Origin: Amphiscolops sp. MND2022
Lineage: Eukaryota
Assembly (NCBI GenBank): GCA_964187785.1
Contig: OZ076413.1
Coordinates: 49,540,001-49,604,000, forward strand
Direction: 5' to 3'
DNA: 64,000 nucleotides
Both the position numbers and the translations under genes were made by a program. Position 1 is the first letter of the stretch; every line of letters begins with the position of its first letter. The notes under the pieces were generated by a model. The model made no database searches, was not told the DNA's origin, and was given only the letters and a program-made list of their open reading frames with translations. This document shows, in pieces, positions 12,220-22,200 of the stretch.

Positions 12220-12898
12220 GACTGAAACAAAATAAATAATAATTTTGGATTATGATTAATTTTTATATTATGTGAAGTAATTTAATATGGAGAAAGTGTT
12301 GTGGTGAATTTATTGGATTAAAATAGAAAGATATGATAGAGTATGAAATGCAAAAAGGGAAAGGTGCAAAATATTTGTAGAATTTGTGTTTAAAAAGTTG
12401 TAATATGTTTGAAAAGTTAGAAAGTTATTTGAAAGATATTATACCTGATAGTATAAACGTGGCAAAAATGAAAATTTAGAGAGTCAGTTGAAGAGTTTAG
12501 AGTGTGATATTCAAAATAGGAGTGGTCTGAAAAAAGTTTGAAAAGCAAATGAGAGAGAAATTCGTAAAAGATCTTTAAGAGTTAATAAAATTAGAAGACA
12601 TTATATGTAATGTCAACATTTATCGGAAGAACAAGTGAACGTGTCAAGTTAATTTATTAGGAAGTAGAAGAGACAATAGGGAGGAGTGTCAAAAGTGAGA
12701 AAGAAAGATGATATATGTTAATAAGGAGTGAAAGATGTAATATCAATGTTAATTGAATAAGAGGTCGAAAAAGATAAGATGAAAATATGTTATCCATGGA
12801 AATTTGTTATCTATGTTATCCATGGAAATTTGTTATGTCTAATCTATTAAGAAAAAATGTTTTGTTAAAAGGAATGAAAGGAAAAAGGCGTTTACCAT

Positions 12899-14386
12899 TT
12901 AGAGAGATGTTGAGGAGGAAGTGAATTGAGGAGGAGTTTCTAGTAGAACAAGTTTTTTAAGAAAATCATTAACATGAATTGTAGAAATCGTTAAGTTTTG
13001 AATGTCAGTTGAATGGAGTTGAAGTAGAGATTGGAGATTACGAAAAGTGTCAAAAATATGGTTTAAGATAATAAAAGGATCTGTATTAGGGGCGATTTCA
13101 ACATGTGGGCGGAGAAGAGTAAGTATTTCTGAGACAAATTTGTCGGTGGGGCAAGAAAAGGAATTGATGCAAACATTAGGATTAGCAGTTTGAAGGACAA
13201 ACGAAGAAGATTGAGGAGGGATTGTTGAAATATGAGAAGGTTCAGATGTAGTATTAGGAGAAGTGTGTTTAGGAAGAGATTGGAGGATTTCATCCGAGAT
13301 GTTTAAGGAAAAATATTTGTATTGTTTTTTAAGAATAAAAGAAGAAAGTTTTGCAATAATAAAGTTAAGTTGTGCAATGGAATAATGTTTATGAACTAAA
13401 GCAGTGTAGAGTGAACGAGAATGATCATCGAGAGGTGTTTCGACTAATTTTGTCATTTTTGGGAAGAAGTTTTGAACAGCGTTAGGAATATGTGTAGGAA
13501 GTAGGAAATCGTCGTTAACATTGAGGGCTTCTTGAGGAACAAATAATGGTCGAGTGGGATCATGGTAGGAGGAAAGAACAAAGTATTGTTTTACGGGATC
13601 ATAGTTACGGATGGTGCCAATAGTGAAGAGGTGATTGAGTGAATAGTGAGAATGAAAGGAAAAGGGAGATGTAAATTTATGATTTTGGAAGATGAAATTT
13701 TGAGGATGTTTATGTTGAAGAAAAAGTTGATAAGTTTGGTGATGAAGTTTTTTAACAGAGGGAGTGGTAGTAATATCATTAGGATTAGTATTTAAATCAT
13801 GTTGGGTTGGTTTAAGAAGGTTGAATTGGAATTGGAAAAAGCGGACACGATTGGTTTGCCAGTAGGCGAGTTGAGGTAAATTTTTGGAAGCATAAGCAAC
13901 ATAATGATCAAAACTACGGTCTTGAGGAAAGCGAAATTTATAGGTAGTGGGTGTCATATACAAGGAAGGAAGGTTGGCTTTAAAATTTGGGTGATTACGA
14001 AGGAATTCATCTGTCATGGTATTAGATTGGGAAGGATTTTTTAAAGGATGAAGAGTTGGGGGTAAAATACCGGAATCAATGAAGACAGGGTCTTCAAGAA
14101 TATTATATTTCTTTTTTGTAGGGATGTGATGATTGTCAATAGTAATATGGATATTATTTGGGGGTGGAGTGGGGGAATGACGAGATTTAAGAACATTGGA
14201 AGAAGATTTAGTGGATTGAGAAGTGGTGGGGTTAGTATTTATAGTAGGTTCTGGAGTATTGGTAGAATTAGGAGGAAGAGGATCATTGGTGAAGGGAAGA
14301 TCAAGAGTACCAGATTTAAGAGAAAGAGGGGGTGACAAAGATGCAATGCTGGAAAGGAGTTCTTCTTCGGGATTGATAGTGGCCAT
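12899..14386 (-). CDS. Accessory protein, 495 aa, function unknown
   Basis: Long ATG-initiated ORF (AAAATGG context) downstream of env, with a globular-looking central region. Confidence 0.8.
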   Translation of the reverse strand: MATINPEEELLSSIASLSPPLSLKSGTLDLPFTNDPLPPNSTNTPEPTINTNPTTSQSTKSSSNVLKSRHSPTPPPNNIHITIDNHHIPTKKKYNILEDPVFIDSGILPPTLHPLKNPSQSNTMTDEFLRNHPNFKANLPSLYMTPTTYKFRFPQDRSFDHYVAYASKNLPQLAYWQTNRVRFFQFQFNLLKPTQHDLNTNPNDITTTPSVKKLHHQTYQLFLQHKHPQNFIFQNHKFTSPFSFHSHYSLNHLFTIGTIRNYDPVKQYFVLSSYHDPTRPLFVPQEALNVNDDFLLPTHIPNAVQNFFPKMTKLVETPLDDHSRSLYTALVHKHYSIAQLNFIIAKLSSFILKKQYKYFSLNISDEILQSLPKHTSPNTTSEPSHISTIPPQSSSFVLQTANPNVCINSFSCPTDKFVSEILTLLRPHVEIAPNTDPFIILNHIFDTFRNLQSLLQLHSTDIQNLTISTIHVNDFLKKLVLLETPPQFTSSSTSL

Positions 14387-14764
14387 TTTTTTGTAGAAAG
14401 AAGTTTAGAATAGTTTAGACAGATGTGCGTTTAGAGAAAGTTATACGAATGTGCGGTTTTGTAGGAAAGATTATATGATTGTTAGATGAAGATAAAGTGT
14501 TATAGAAAAGTTCGAGAAATATGTTGGAGAAGTGAGAAGAGATGACCAGATTGAAAGCAAGAATTATGAGAAATGAAAAGGTGAAAGTTTTAAAAGGACT
14601 ATAATTATTATGTATAAGAGGTATAATATTATTATGAAAATTGAATTGGATTAGGGTGTTTAAAATTCAGAATGTGAATTAATAAAATTAAAAGTGAAGA
14701 TATTAAATTGGGTTTGGGTGTTTAAGATTCAGAAGGAGGATTAATAACGTTAAAAGTAAAGATA

Positions 14765-17536
14765 TTATTCTGGAGGGAAGCGACAAGAAGAATATACTTT
14801 GACAGGGCTGTCAGGTGGGTCAAAAATATTATTGACAGAAGTTAACGGAATGTCATCAGTTTTAATTGGTGGTGGAGTAGGAGGATATAATTTTGTAGAT
14901 TGCCAGGGATTATAAATGGGGGAATCAGTTGAAGAATTGTCGCAATTAATGTCATCAGGAAGGGTGGAATTATGAAAATGTGGAGGAGAAGATAATGAAG
15001 GTAATTGGGAGTGTGGGGAAGAAAGATTATTATGGGATGAAAGATGAGAATTATAATTTGGAGGTGGAGGTGAACTACTTTCGGTGTTAAGGGGGTTTGT
15101 AGGATTAATAGAAGTGGCATGAAATACTGAGGAAGAAGGGGGTTTAATAGGTGAAGAGTTTGGTGGAGTTCTGTTCATGGGGGTTTTCTTCTTTAAACTA
15201 AGAAGTTTTGTTTTAATATTTGTGTGGTATTTAGGAGGACGAGGTTTAAAAGTGGAAGATGTGTTATTATTTTTTTGTAAAGGGGAATGAGGAGAATCAG
15301 AATCGTCAGAATCTGATGATGAATGAGTTGATTTGATCATAGCTGTCATCATGGTTTTGGTAATAGTGCCAAAGAAACCAAATCCTAAAGCAGTGATTAC
15401 GGAAATTTGTTTTTTAAGAAGATTTCGAACAGTGAATGAACGGTAAATACTAAAGAGTGTATTGAAAGCAAATTGTAGAAAGAGCGCAGTTGAAAAGTAT
15501 ATTCCGCATTGAGTTAAAATATAGCATGGATAGCCAAAAAGTTTGATAAAAGCATTTGTAAACCAGTCAGGAGAGAAAAATGGAGTCAGGTTTAACATGT
15601 AGTCATGAAGACCAATTCGAAGTGATCGATAAGGATTATTAGAAAAAGAATTGTCAGATTGTTGATTCATGAATTCATAACTAATAGCTTTTCCGAGAAG
15701 CTGGAGAGTATTATCAGAGTGTTTAGTGAATAAAACTCGATTCCAAAAATGTTTTAGTTCTTTTTGTGAATAAATGCCAGCATCCTGAGCAGTGAAAGTA
15801 TTCGGGCTAATAGCGGTTTGAATTTGAGTTGGTTCAAAAAGAAGAGGAGGATCTTTTTTAATAGGTTGAGGAGTGAGAACGTAATATTGATCAGTGTCTG
15901 GGTCAAGAGATATAACATTTTGAGGATTGTTTTCACAAGGTATTTGGTTTGCATATTCAAAAGTTTGACGTGTAATAGGATCAACATACATGACAGTGTC
16001 AAGATAATTAACAGGAATTTTGTCATAACATTGGTCAGCAATATAGAGAGGTGAAAGGTGATGAGGACAGTCATATAACCAGGCGGTAGAGCCTTCAACA
16101 TATAAAAAGTTGCTACGATTTTGGGTTAAGAGGAAACCAGCAAGTTGTGGATTTTTAACAGACATAGCGAGTATGGTTAAAAGTTGAGTACGTTCGACTT
16201 CACAAATAGTGTGAAGAGTGTTAAGTTCAGCAACGGACATGCTTTTGAAAACATGATTAATTGAGTAATCAAGTTTAGTGTTAATATGGGCTTCATAATC
16301 AATGGTGGCGAAATTATTTGAAGAATTGAGAGCAGGGAAAAGAAGTTTATCTTTAGTGTGAATTAATTTTCCAGATATTAACCTGGTGGTTAGTTGGTTG
16401 TATTGTTCATCTTGTGGAAGTTGGAGTGGATTATGTTTACCAGTTTGCATATTAAAACCTTCGGTGTAGGTTACAAACAAGTCAGGATATTGTGTAAGGT
16501 GTAAAGGAGTAGGTTTATTACAAAACATTTTGTTTTCAGGAAAAATTTCAAAGCGAGAAAGACGTGTTTGAGATTTAGTATCATGGTAAGGAGAATTAGT
16601 TGAATCAGGAGAGGAATTATTGTTAAAAAAATGTTCAGTTTCAAGCCAATAGCGGTTATTGAGTTTAGACATGCGGCCAATAAAGGAATGAATAGAGAAA
16701 ATTAAACAGAGTTCTTCAGGAAACCAAACAATGGTGAAAGGTGTTAATATTGTTGGTTTACAAAAACCATCATCGTGGAGGCAAGGTAAAGTATGGCCAT
16801 GGTATATTAATTTATTTTCTTTGTCATCATAAGTAATTTCAATTTCTTTTACAATGAGAGACCAACTATCTTTTTCAATAATATACTCATAGCGGTCCCA
16901 ACAAACAGCTTTTTCTTTCAGAGTTGAGTTTAATACTAATTGGGAATTGGTGATCCAAGCAAAAGCACCATAATGGTAAGTATTAAGTTTAGTAATACGA
17001 AAAGGAGGTTGTTTTGTTTCTAAAAGGCGTTGTTTTTGAATATCATTGAAAAAAGTAAAGGAATTGGAATAATTAAAAGCATCGAGTTGAGGATTATGAG
17101 TTCCGTTTAAATGACGAATAGCGTGTTTGCATTCGGTTGGGTCAAGAGTACGAGGACGTTCCATGGTGTTTTGATGATAATCTGTACGGTCATGGCGACG
17201 ATATTTGTAATCAGATTGGGCACAGACAAACTTTTCTCGTTTGACATATGCTTCACAAGTCCAAGCGCGAAGACGCTTAGCTTTAGCACGAACAAAAACA
17301 TTGACGATTGCGCGTGTTGTTTCGAAAGCAGAAGGGGCTTGAACGCATGGTTGTACTCGGGTAAGACTAAATTGTCTTAAATTATGTTGTTTAGAACAAT
17401 CATAATGAGAGACTAAAAGGTCCGAAATATGGGGATCATTAGGATCTACATGATCGGAAGATGGAAAATTTTGAGAAAGTACCAAGGGAATGGAGAGAAG
17501 AAAAAGGTTGAGTGAGGTTAAAAAAAGGAAGGACAT
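14765..17536 (-). CDS. env: Envelope glycoprotein resembling class III (herpes gB / chuvirus G-like) fusogens, 923 aa
   Basis: Signal peptide; HYDC..FSLTRVQPC; Cys-rich ectodomain with N-glycan sequons; CEVER..LAMSVKNPQLAG..GSTAWLYDC..CYDKIPV; C-terminal hydrophobic segments; long Ser/Pro tail. Confidence 0.85.
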   Translation of the reverse strand: MSFLFLTSLNLFLLSIPLVLSQNFPSSDHVDPNDPHISDLLVSHYDCSKQHNLRQFSLTRVQPCVQAPSAFETTRAIVNVFVRAKAKRLRAWTCEAYVKREKFVCAQSDYKYRRHDRTDYHQNTMERPRTLDPTECKHAIRHLNGTHNPQLDAFNYSNSFTFFNDIQKQRLLETKQPPFRITKLNTYHYGAFAWITNSQLVLNSTLKEKAVCWDRYEYIIEKDSWSLIVKEIEITYDDKENKLIYHGHTLPCLHDDGFCKPTILTPFTIVWFPEELCLIFSIHSFIGRMSKLNNRYWLETEHFFNNNSSPDSTNSPYHDTKSQTRLSRFEIFPENKMFCNKPTPLHLTQYPDLFVTYTEGFNMQTGKHNPLQLPQDEQYNQLTTRLISGKLIHTKDKLLFPALNSSNNFATIDYEAHINTKLDYSINHVFKSMSVAELNTLHTICEVERTQLLTILAMSVKNPQLAGFLLTQNRSNFLYVEGSTAWLYDCPHHLSPLYIADQCYDKIPVNYLDTVMYVDPITRQTFEYANQIPCENNPQNVISLDPDTDQYYVLTPQPIKKDPPLLFEPTQIQTAISPNTFTAQDAGIYSQKELKHFWNRVLFTKHSDNTLQLLGKAISYEFMNQQSDNSFSNNPYRSLRIGLHDYMLNLTPFFSPDWFTNAFIKLFGYPCYILTQCGIYFSTALFLQFAFNTLFSIYRSFTVRNLLKKQISVITALGFGFFGTITKTMMTAMIKSTHSSSDSDDSDSPHSPLQKNNNTSSTFKPRPPKYHTNIKTKLLSLKKKTPMNRTPPNSSPIKPPSSSVFHATSINPTNPLNTESSSPPPPNYNSHLSSHNNLSSPHSQLPSLSSPPHFHNSTLPDDINCDNSSTDSPIYNPWQSTKLYPPTPPPIKTDDIPLTSVNNIFDPPDSPVKVYSSCRFPPE

Positions 17537-17587
17537 TGTGGTTTTAAAATTGGGCAGTGTAGTTTAAAAAGGTGAGGGTATTAAGGT

Positions 17588-19129
17588 TTAAAATTGGGCA
17601 GTGTATTTTAAAAAGGTGAGGGTATTAAGGAAGGTTATGGAACCGTGTAAAAGACGAAATGGAGGACTATCACTAACAAAAAGACTGAGATTGGTGGCAA
17701 TAAATGGATGGGGAAGAGATTTAAAATTTACCGTTGTATGAGACGGAATGGGATGGGGACTTAAATTATGGAATTTGACGTTGATTTCAAATTTAAGTTC
17801 GAGATTGGGTTCTTCTAGACGAAGAAATTCTTTACGACGACGGGTGTCTGAAATATGGCGATTTGAATTAAGTTTGTGAGTGGCAAGATAAAGAAAACGA
17901 GGATCTTGGCGAGGACTGTTAACAAGTGTATTATTTACAATTAGAGGATAATCGACACGATTAGGTGTAGGAGGAGTAGAATATTGATCAGTGGTAAGAT
18001 CAATGTTAAGTAAGTGATTGTCAGATGAAAGAAGACTGGAATTTTGAGAAGTTGGGCGAGAGAAAAGATGACCAGTGTGATTATAAGAAGAAATCGAAGA
18101 ACGTTGAGAAAAGACAGTGTCAATTCCAGAAGTAGGAGTGTTATCTGCGTTAGAAAGGGAGTCTGAAGAAAGGGATTGAGCGTGGTGGCGTAAAAGAGAA
18201 GAGTTTGTGCTTGCAAGAGAGGGAGAAGGACGACGGTTATTGCGGAGATTGTATCTACGACGAAGAGGAGGGCGAATAGTAGATTCAGAGGAAGCGTCAA
18301 GAAGATTATCTAAGGAAGAAGTTGTATATTTAGAAGCGGAATTAGAAGGTGGGAGACGGGGATAAAGAAGAGAGGAAGTGGTTGAATCAATTTCACTTAA
18401 ATCTGATTTCTTTTGGAGTGAATCAATAGATTCAAGTACGGGAATTTTAAGAGGTTTAGGAGGAGGTAAAGAAGACTTGGTAGAGGTGTGAGAACAAGGT
18501 GGAGGGATAGAAAGAGTGTTATCTAATTGTGAGCGACGGCGAAAAGATTTTATAGAAGTAGGAATAAGTTTTAATCGAGGAAGAGTAGGGTTATTAATAT
18601 TTCGAAGAAGAGTAGGGTTAATATCACTCGGGTCAGGAATATGAAAGGAAGAGGAAGGTGGAGATTGATTAGGGGTTATGTCGAAAGGGAATTCTGTATC
18701 AGAGAGTGGAAGAGTTAAAGAAGTTTGAGTTTGTTGAGGAACAGAGGTAGGGAGAGGAGTATGGGTTGGAGTATTGACAGGGGTGGTATCTAGAGAAGGG
18801 GTTATTGGGATAGGATTTAAAGGAGGTTGTTGAGGTGATCCAGAAGTTTGTGAAGAAGGTATAATATCAGTTGAAACAGTAGAAGAAGTGCGAGAGGAGG
18901 AATCGGATAAGAAAACAGTGAGATCCAGGATGGAAACAAAAGGAAAAGTTAGTATATTATTAAGGAAGAGGAAGGGGTTAGAAGATATTAGGGTGAGAAT
19001 TAAATAGAATGAAAAATGGGTTAAAGGAAAAGGTATTGAAAATTTGGTTTTGTATGTTAATGGTTTCAGTGTTAATGTTATCGATATGACAACAAGTCTT
19101 GATGAGAACGACAGTCGTGATGAAAGCAA
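17588..19129 (-). CDS. Ser/Pro-rich accessory ORF with no ATG; candidate CTG start at 18928 (446 aa)
   Basis: 513 open codons with no Met; in-frame ATCCTGG at 18928; RRRYNLR motif. Confidence 0.7.
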   Translation of the reverse strand: MLSSRLSFSSRLVVISITLTLKPLTYKTKFSIPFPLTHFSFYLILTLISSNPFLFLNNILTFPFVSILDLTVFLSDSSSRTSSTVSTDIIPSSQTSGSPQQPPLNPIPITPSLDTTPVNTPTHTPLPTSVPQQTQTSLTLPLSDTEFPFDITPNQSPPSSSFHIPDPSDINPTLLRNINNPTLPRLKLIPTSIKSFRRRSQLDNTLSIPPPCSHTSTKSSLPPPKPLKIPVLESIDSLQKKSDLSEIDSTTSSLLYPRLPPSNSASKYTTSSLDNLLDASSESTIRPPLRRRYNLRNNRRPSPSLASTNSSLLRHHAQSLSSDSLSNADNTPTSGIDTVFSQRSSISSYNHTGHLFSRPTSQNSSLLSSDNHLLNIDLTTDQYSTPPTPNRVDYPLIVNNTLVNSPRQDPRFLYLATHKLNSNRHISDTRRRKEFLRLEEPNLELKFEINVKFHNLSPHPIPSHTTVNFKSLPHPFIATNLSLFVSDSPPFRLLHGSITFLNTLTFLKYTAQF

Positions 19130-19269
19130 CCGTTCAGTTTGTGTCTTAGAGACAGAATGAGAAGATGGAACTGAAGGAAGCGGTTAATTAAATTGTCACA
19201 TGTCTGCTTGAAAAAGTCTAGACAGAGAACAATGGGAGAGAGAGAATCCAATTAAAAAATGAATATTAA

Positions 19270-22200
19270 TCATGGAGGGAAGCTAATGGTTGGTTTAGAT
19301 GAATTATAATGTCGAGGAGGGAGTGAACGTAAATTGTATGGGGAGTGGGGGGCTCGTCGGTAAGTGGGTTCGTTGGGGGGTTCAGGGAAAGAAGATGAAG
19401 AAGTGTCGGCAGAATCAGCAACACGAGGAAAGAACTGAGGGAAAGAGTTAGGTGAGGAGTTTGAATAATAAAGAGGGTTTGGAAGCATTTCAAAATCCGA
19501 ATCGTGAGAGTCTATTGTATTATCGAGATTATCTGAAGAAGAAGTAGATTGTAAAGGTGTAGTAGTAGAGGAAGGAATATGGTCGAAATGATCTTGTAAA
19601 GAAGAATAATGTGAAAGGTTTTGGTAGTTAGGAATGGAAGGGGGGGAGCTGTTAAAATTTGTGGATTCAGAAGGAGGAGGGGTCTGAGAAGAGTCAGAGT
19701 TATTTTGTAAATCTAAAGAAGAGAATTGAGAAAAGGTGTCTTGGTAAGGGTCAGTATCAGGATTGTTGATAAGGGAAGGGGTGGAATGATAATGTTTAAT
19801 GTATGGGAAAATTATGGGTTCTTTAGGGTAGTATGGCAAAATATGATTTCGATGAGTTTGAAATGTAGAGCCATCTTGTGAAAGAAGCTCATATGTTACT
19901 TCAGAAAGATGTTTAAGGATTTTATATGGGCCAATTCGAAGAGGTTTAAGTTTGTTTGAAAAAGTAACTGGTTTAAAGTTTGTATGTATAACGAAGGTAT
20001 TAAGAGGTAGTTGTTTCAAATGGGTAGTTTCAAATGTAGAACTTTGAGAATTGAGTTTATGATTTATATGACGGTGAACAGTTGAATATATTTCTAACAT
20101 TGCGGTTTCAGCTGCTAAAAGCCACGAGGAGATGGGTTTGTCAAGAAGGGAATGAAAAAATGGGTTAAGGTTTTGAGTACTATAATGTGAATGAGGAGGA
20201 AGAGATTCACAATAAGTTGCAATACATTGTTTTTGAGCTTCTCGAGGTAAATTAAGGGAAAAGGTAAGAGGTATGCGAGGATGGGTGTGAAAAACGATTT
20301 GGTATGGAGAAAGTTTAAGTTGAGAAAGAGGTGTTGTATTATGAGCATATGCATACATTTGGGTTTGAAATGACCAGTTAGTAGGAGGATTTTGTAAAAA
20401 TATTCGGAGGTGAGTTCCAAGATTTCTATTTTGGACTTCGACCAAACCATTGGTCCATGGTGAATTGGGAGTTCGAGGTGAATGGTTAATATGAAAGAGA
20501 GAACAAAAATGAGCCATGTCTTGATTGATATATTCGGTACCTCGATCTGTGACAAGATATTGAGGGGGACCAAATTTTGTGATCCAATGATGGAGGAGAG
20601 TTTGAATTGCGTATTTTGAATTAATGTTAGGAGCTGGGTTAGTAACAACGAAGTGACTAAATGCATCAATAATAACAAAAATATAGGAGTTGTTTTGAGA
20701 AGATGGGGAAATAGGACCTTTGGTGTCCATAGAAATCCGGTAATTGAAGTGAGTAGCGTTTTCATAAAAAGGAAGGGGAGGAGAAATATTTTGTGGTTTA
20801 ATTGGAAAATGCTTATTTGTCTGGCAGTCAATACAATCATGGATAAAGATTGAAAACCATAAAGGTAGATGGGGAATAAAATAGAATTGGTTAAAAGTTT
20901 TAATAGAAAGTTTTTCACCGGAGTGGCCATGAGAATGTGTTTTACTGAATGCGGCATAGAAAAGTTTAAATGGTAAACATATACGTGTCTGGTTAATAGA
21001 GGGTTGAGTTTTAATAAAAATTTCTTCAAAAATTCGAGAATTGGGAGTATAATATTGAATGAGGTGAGAGGTTGGGTCTATATATAGGTGTTGGAATTGT
21101 TTATAATATGTATATAAAAAGGAATTTGCTTTAATAATTGGGGTCAAGGAGTGAGGTTTCTGTTTTTGTTTTAACCATGTATATACTGTAAAAAGAACAG
21201 GATCATCCTTTTGAGCTTGAAGTAAAATGGGTAATGTTAATAAGGTGTCAGAAGGAAGGAAAAAATTATCAAATGCCTTACGGTGGGCAAAGAAGGAAGG
21301 GTCAAAAAATGGCAAAGATTGAGTATTGATGGTTTTTGGGGAAGTTGGTGTTATAGCGTTACTGTGTAAAGTATGGTTAATAATAGGAGGGGAGTTTATA
21401 AAGTTGGTTAAAATATCGTGTGACAAAGTAATATCGTTAAAATAGTGATGTTGTACTTCTGTAAAAAGAGTGTGAAGTTCATGAGGTGTTTGTGAAGATT
21501 GCTGAGGAATTCGTTTAAGAACAGGATCGTCTGTGTCATATAAATCAGTTTCGTTTAAAAGAGGGTTTTCTTGAAGGAGAGTTTTAACTTTGTTTTTGAC
21601 TGGTTTTTTGTATTTATTTAAGAATGAGGAAACAGATTGAAATGAAAAGGAGTCAAGAGGAGTATATTTAACAACATTGCCTTTATCTTGAATACGAAGT
21701 GTAAATTGATCATCACCATAATCGGCTAATATTAAGTGAGAATCATTTTTTTGTGTAGGAAGGACATCTTCATGTTTTACAAGATAATGAACAGGTTTCA
21801 AAATATTATTTTGTTTGAGTTGTAGAAAATCAATATGAGGAGGAAGAGTTTTATGTTGGAGTTGGCAAGTTTTAGCATTAATAGTTGAGAAATCTCTACT
21901 GAGCATGTCAGCGACAGTAAGATTTGTACCAGCGGTGTGAATAATTTGCAAGTTTGAAAATTTGGTTAATAACATTTGAGCTTTATACTGTCTAGGAGTG
22001 AGGTTACCTTTGCGTGTGAAGAGGAAAAGAATAGGGTTATGATCTGTAAAAACAGTTATAGGGAATTTGGAGCCAATGATAATAAATTCATATTGGGAAA
22101 GAGCAAAAGTAATAGCACAAAGTTCTCTATCATAAGTAGAGAGTTTTTGTTCTTGGGTTGTTAAAATACGAGAATTATATGAAATAATTTGCATTTTGTT

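Noticed and set aside
20115..21029. 304-aa alternative-frame ORF (and 24465-25181) overlapping pol
   Set aside because: Non-ATG start, Leu/Ile-rich; explained by the codon bias of the G-poor strand.
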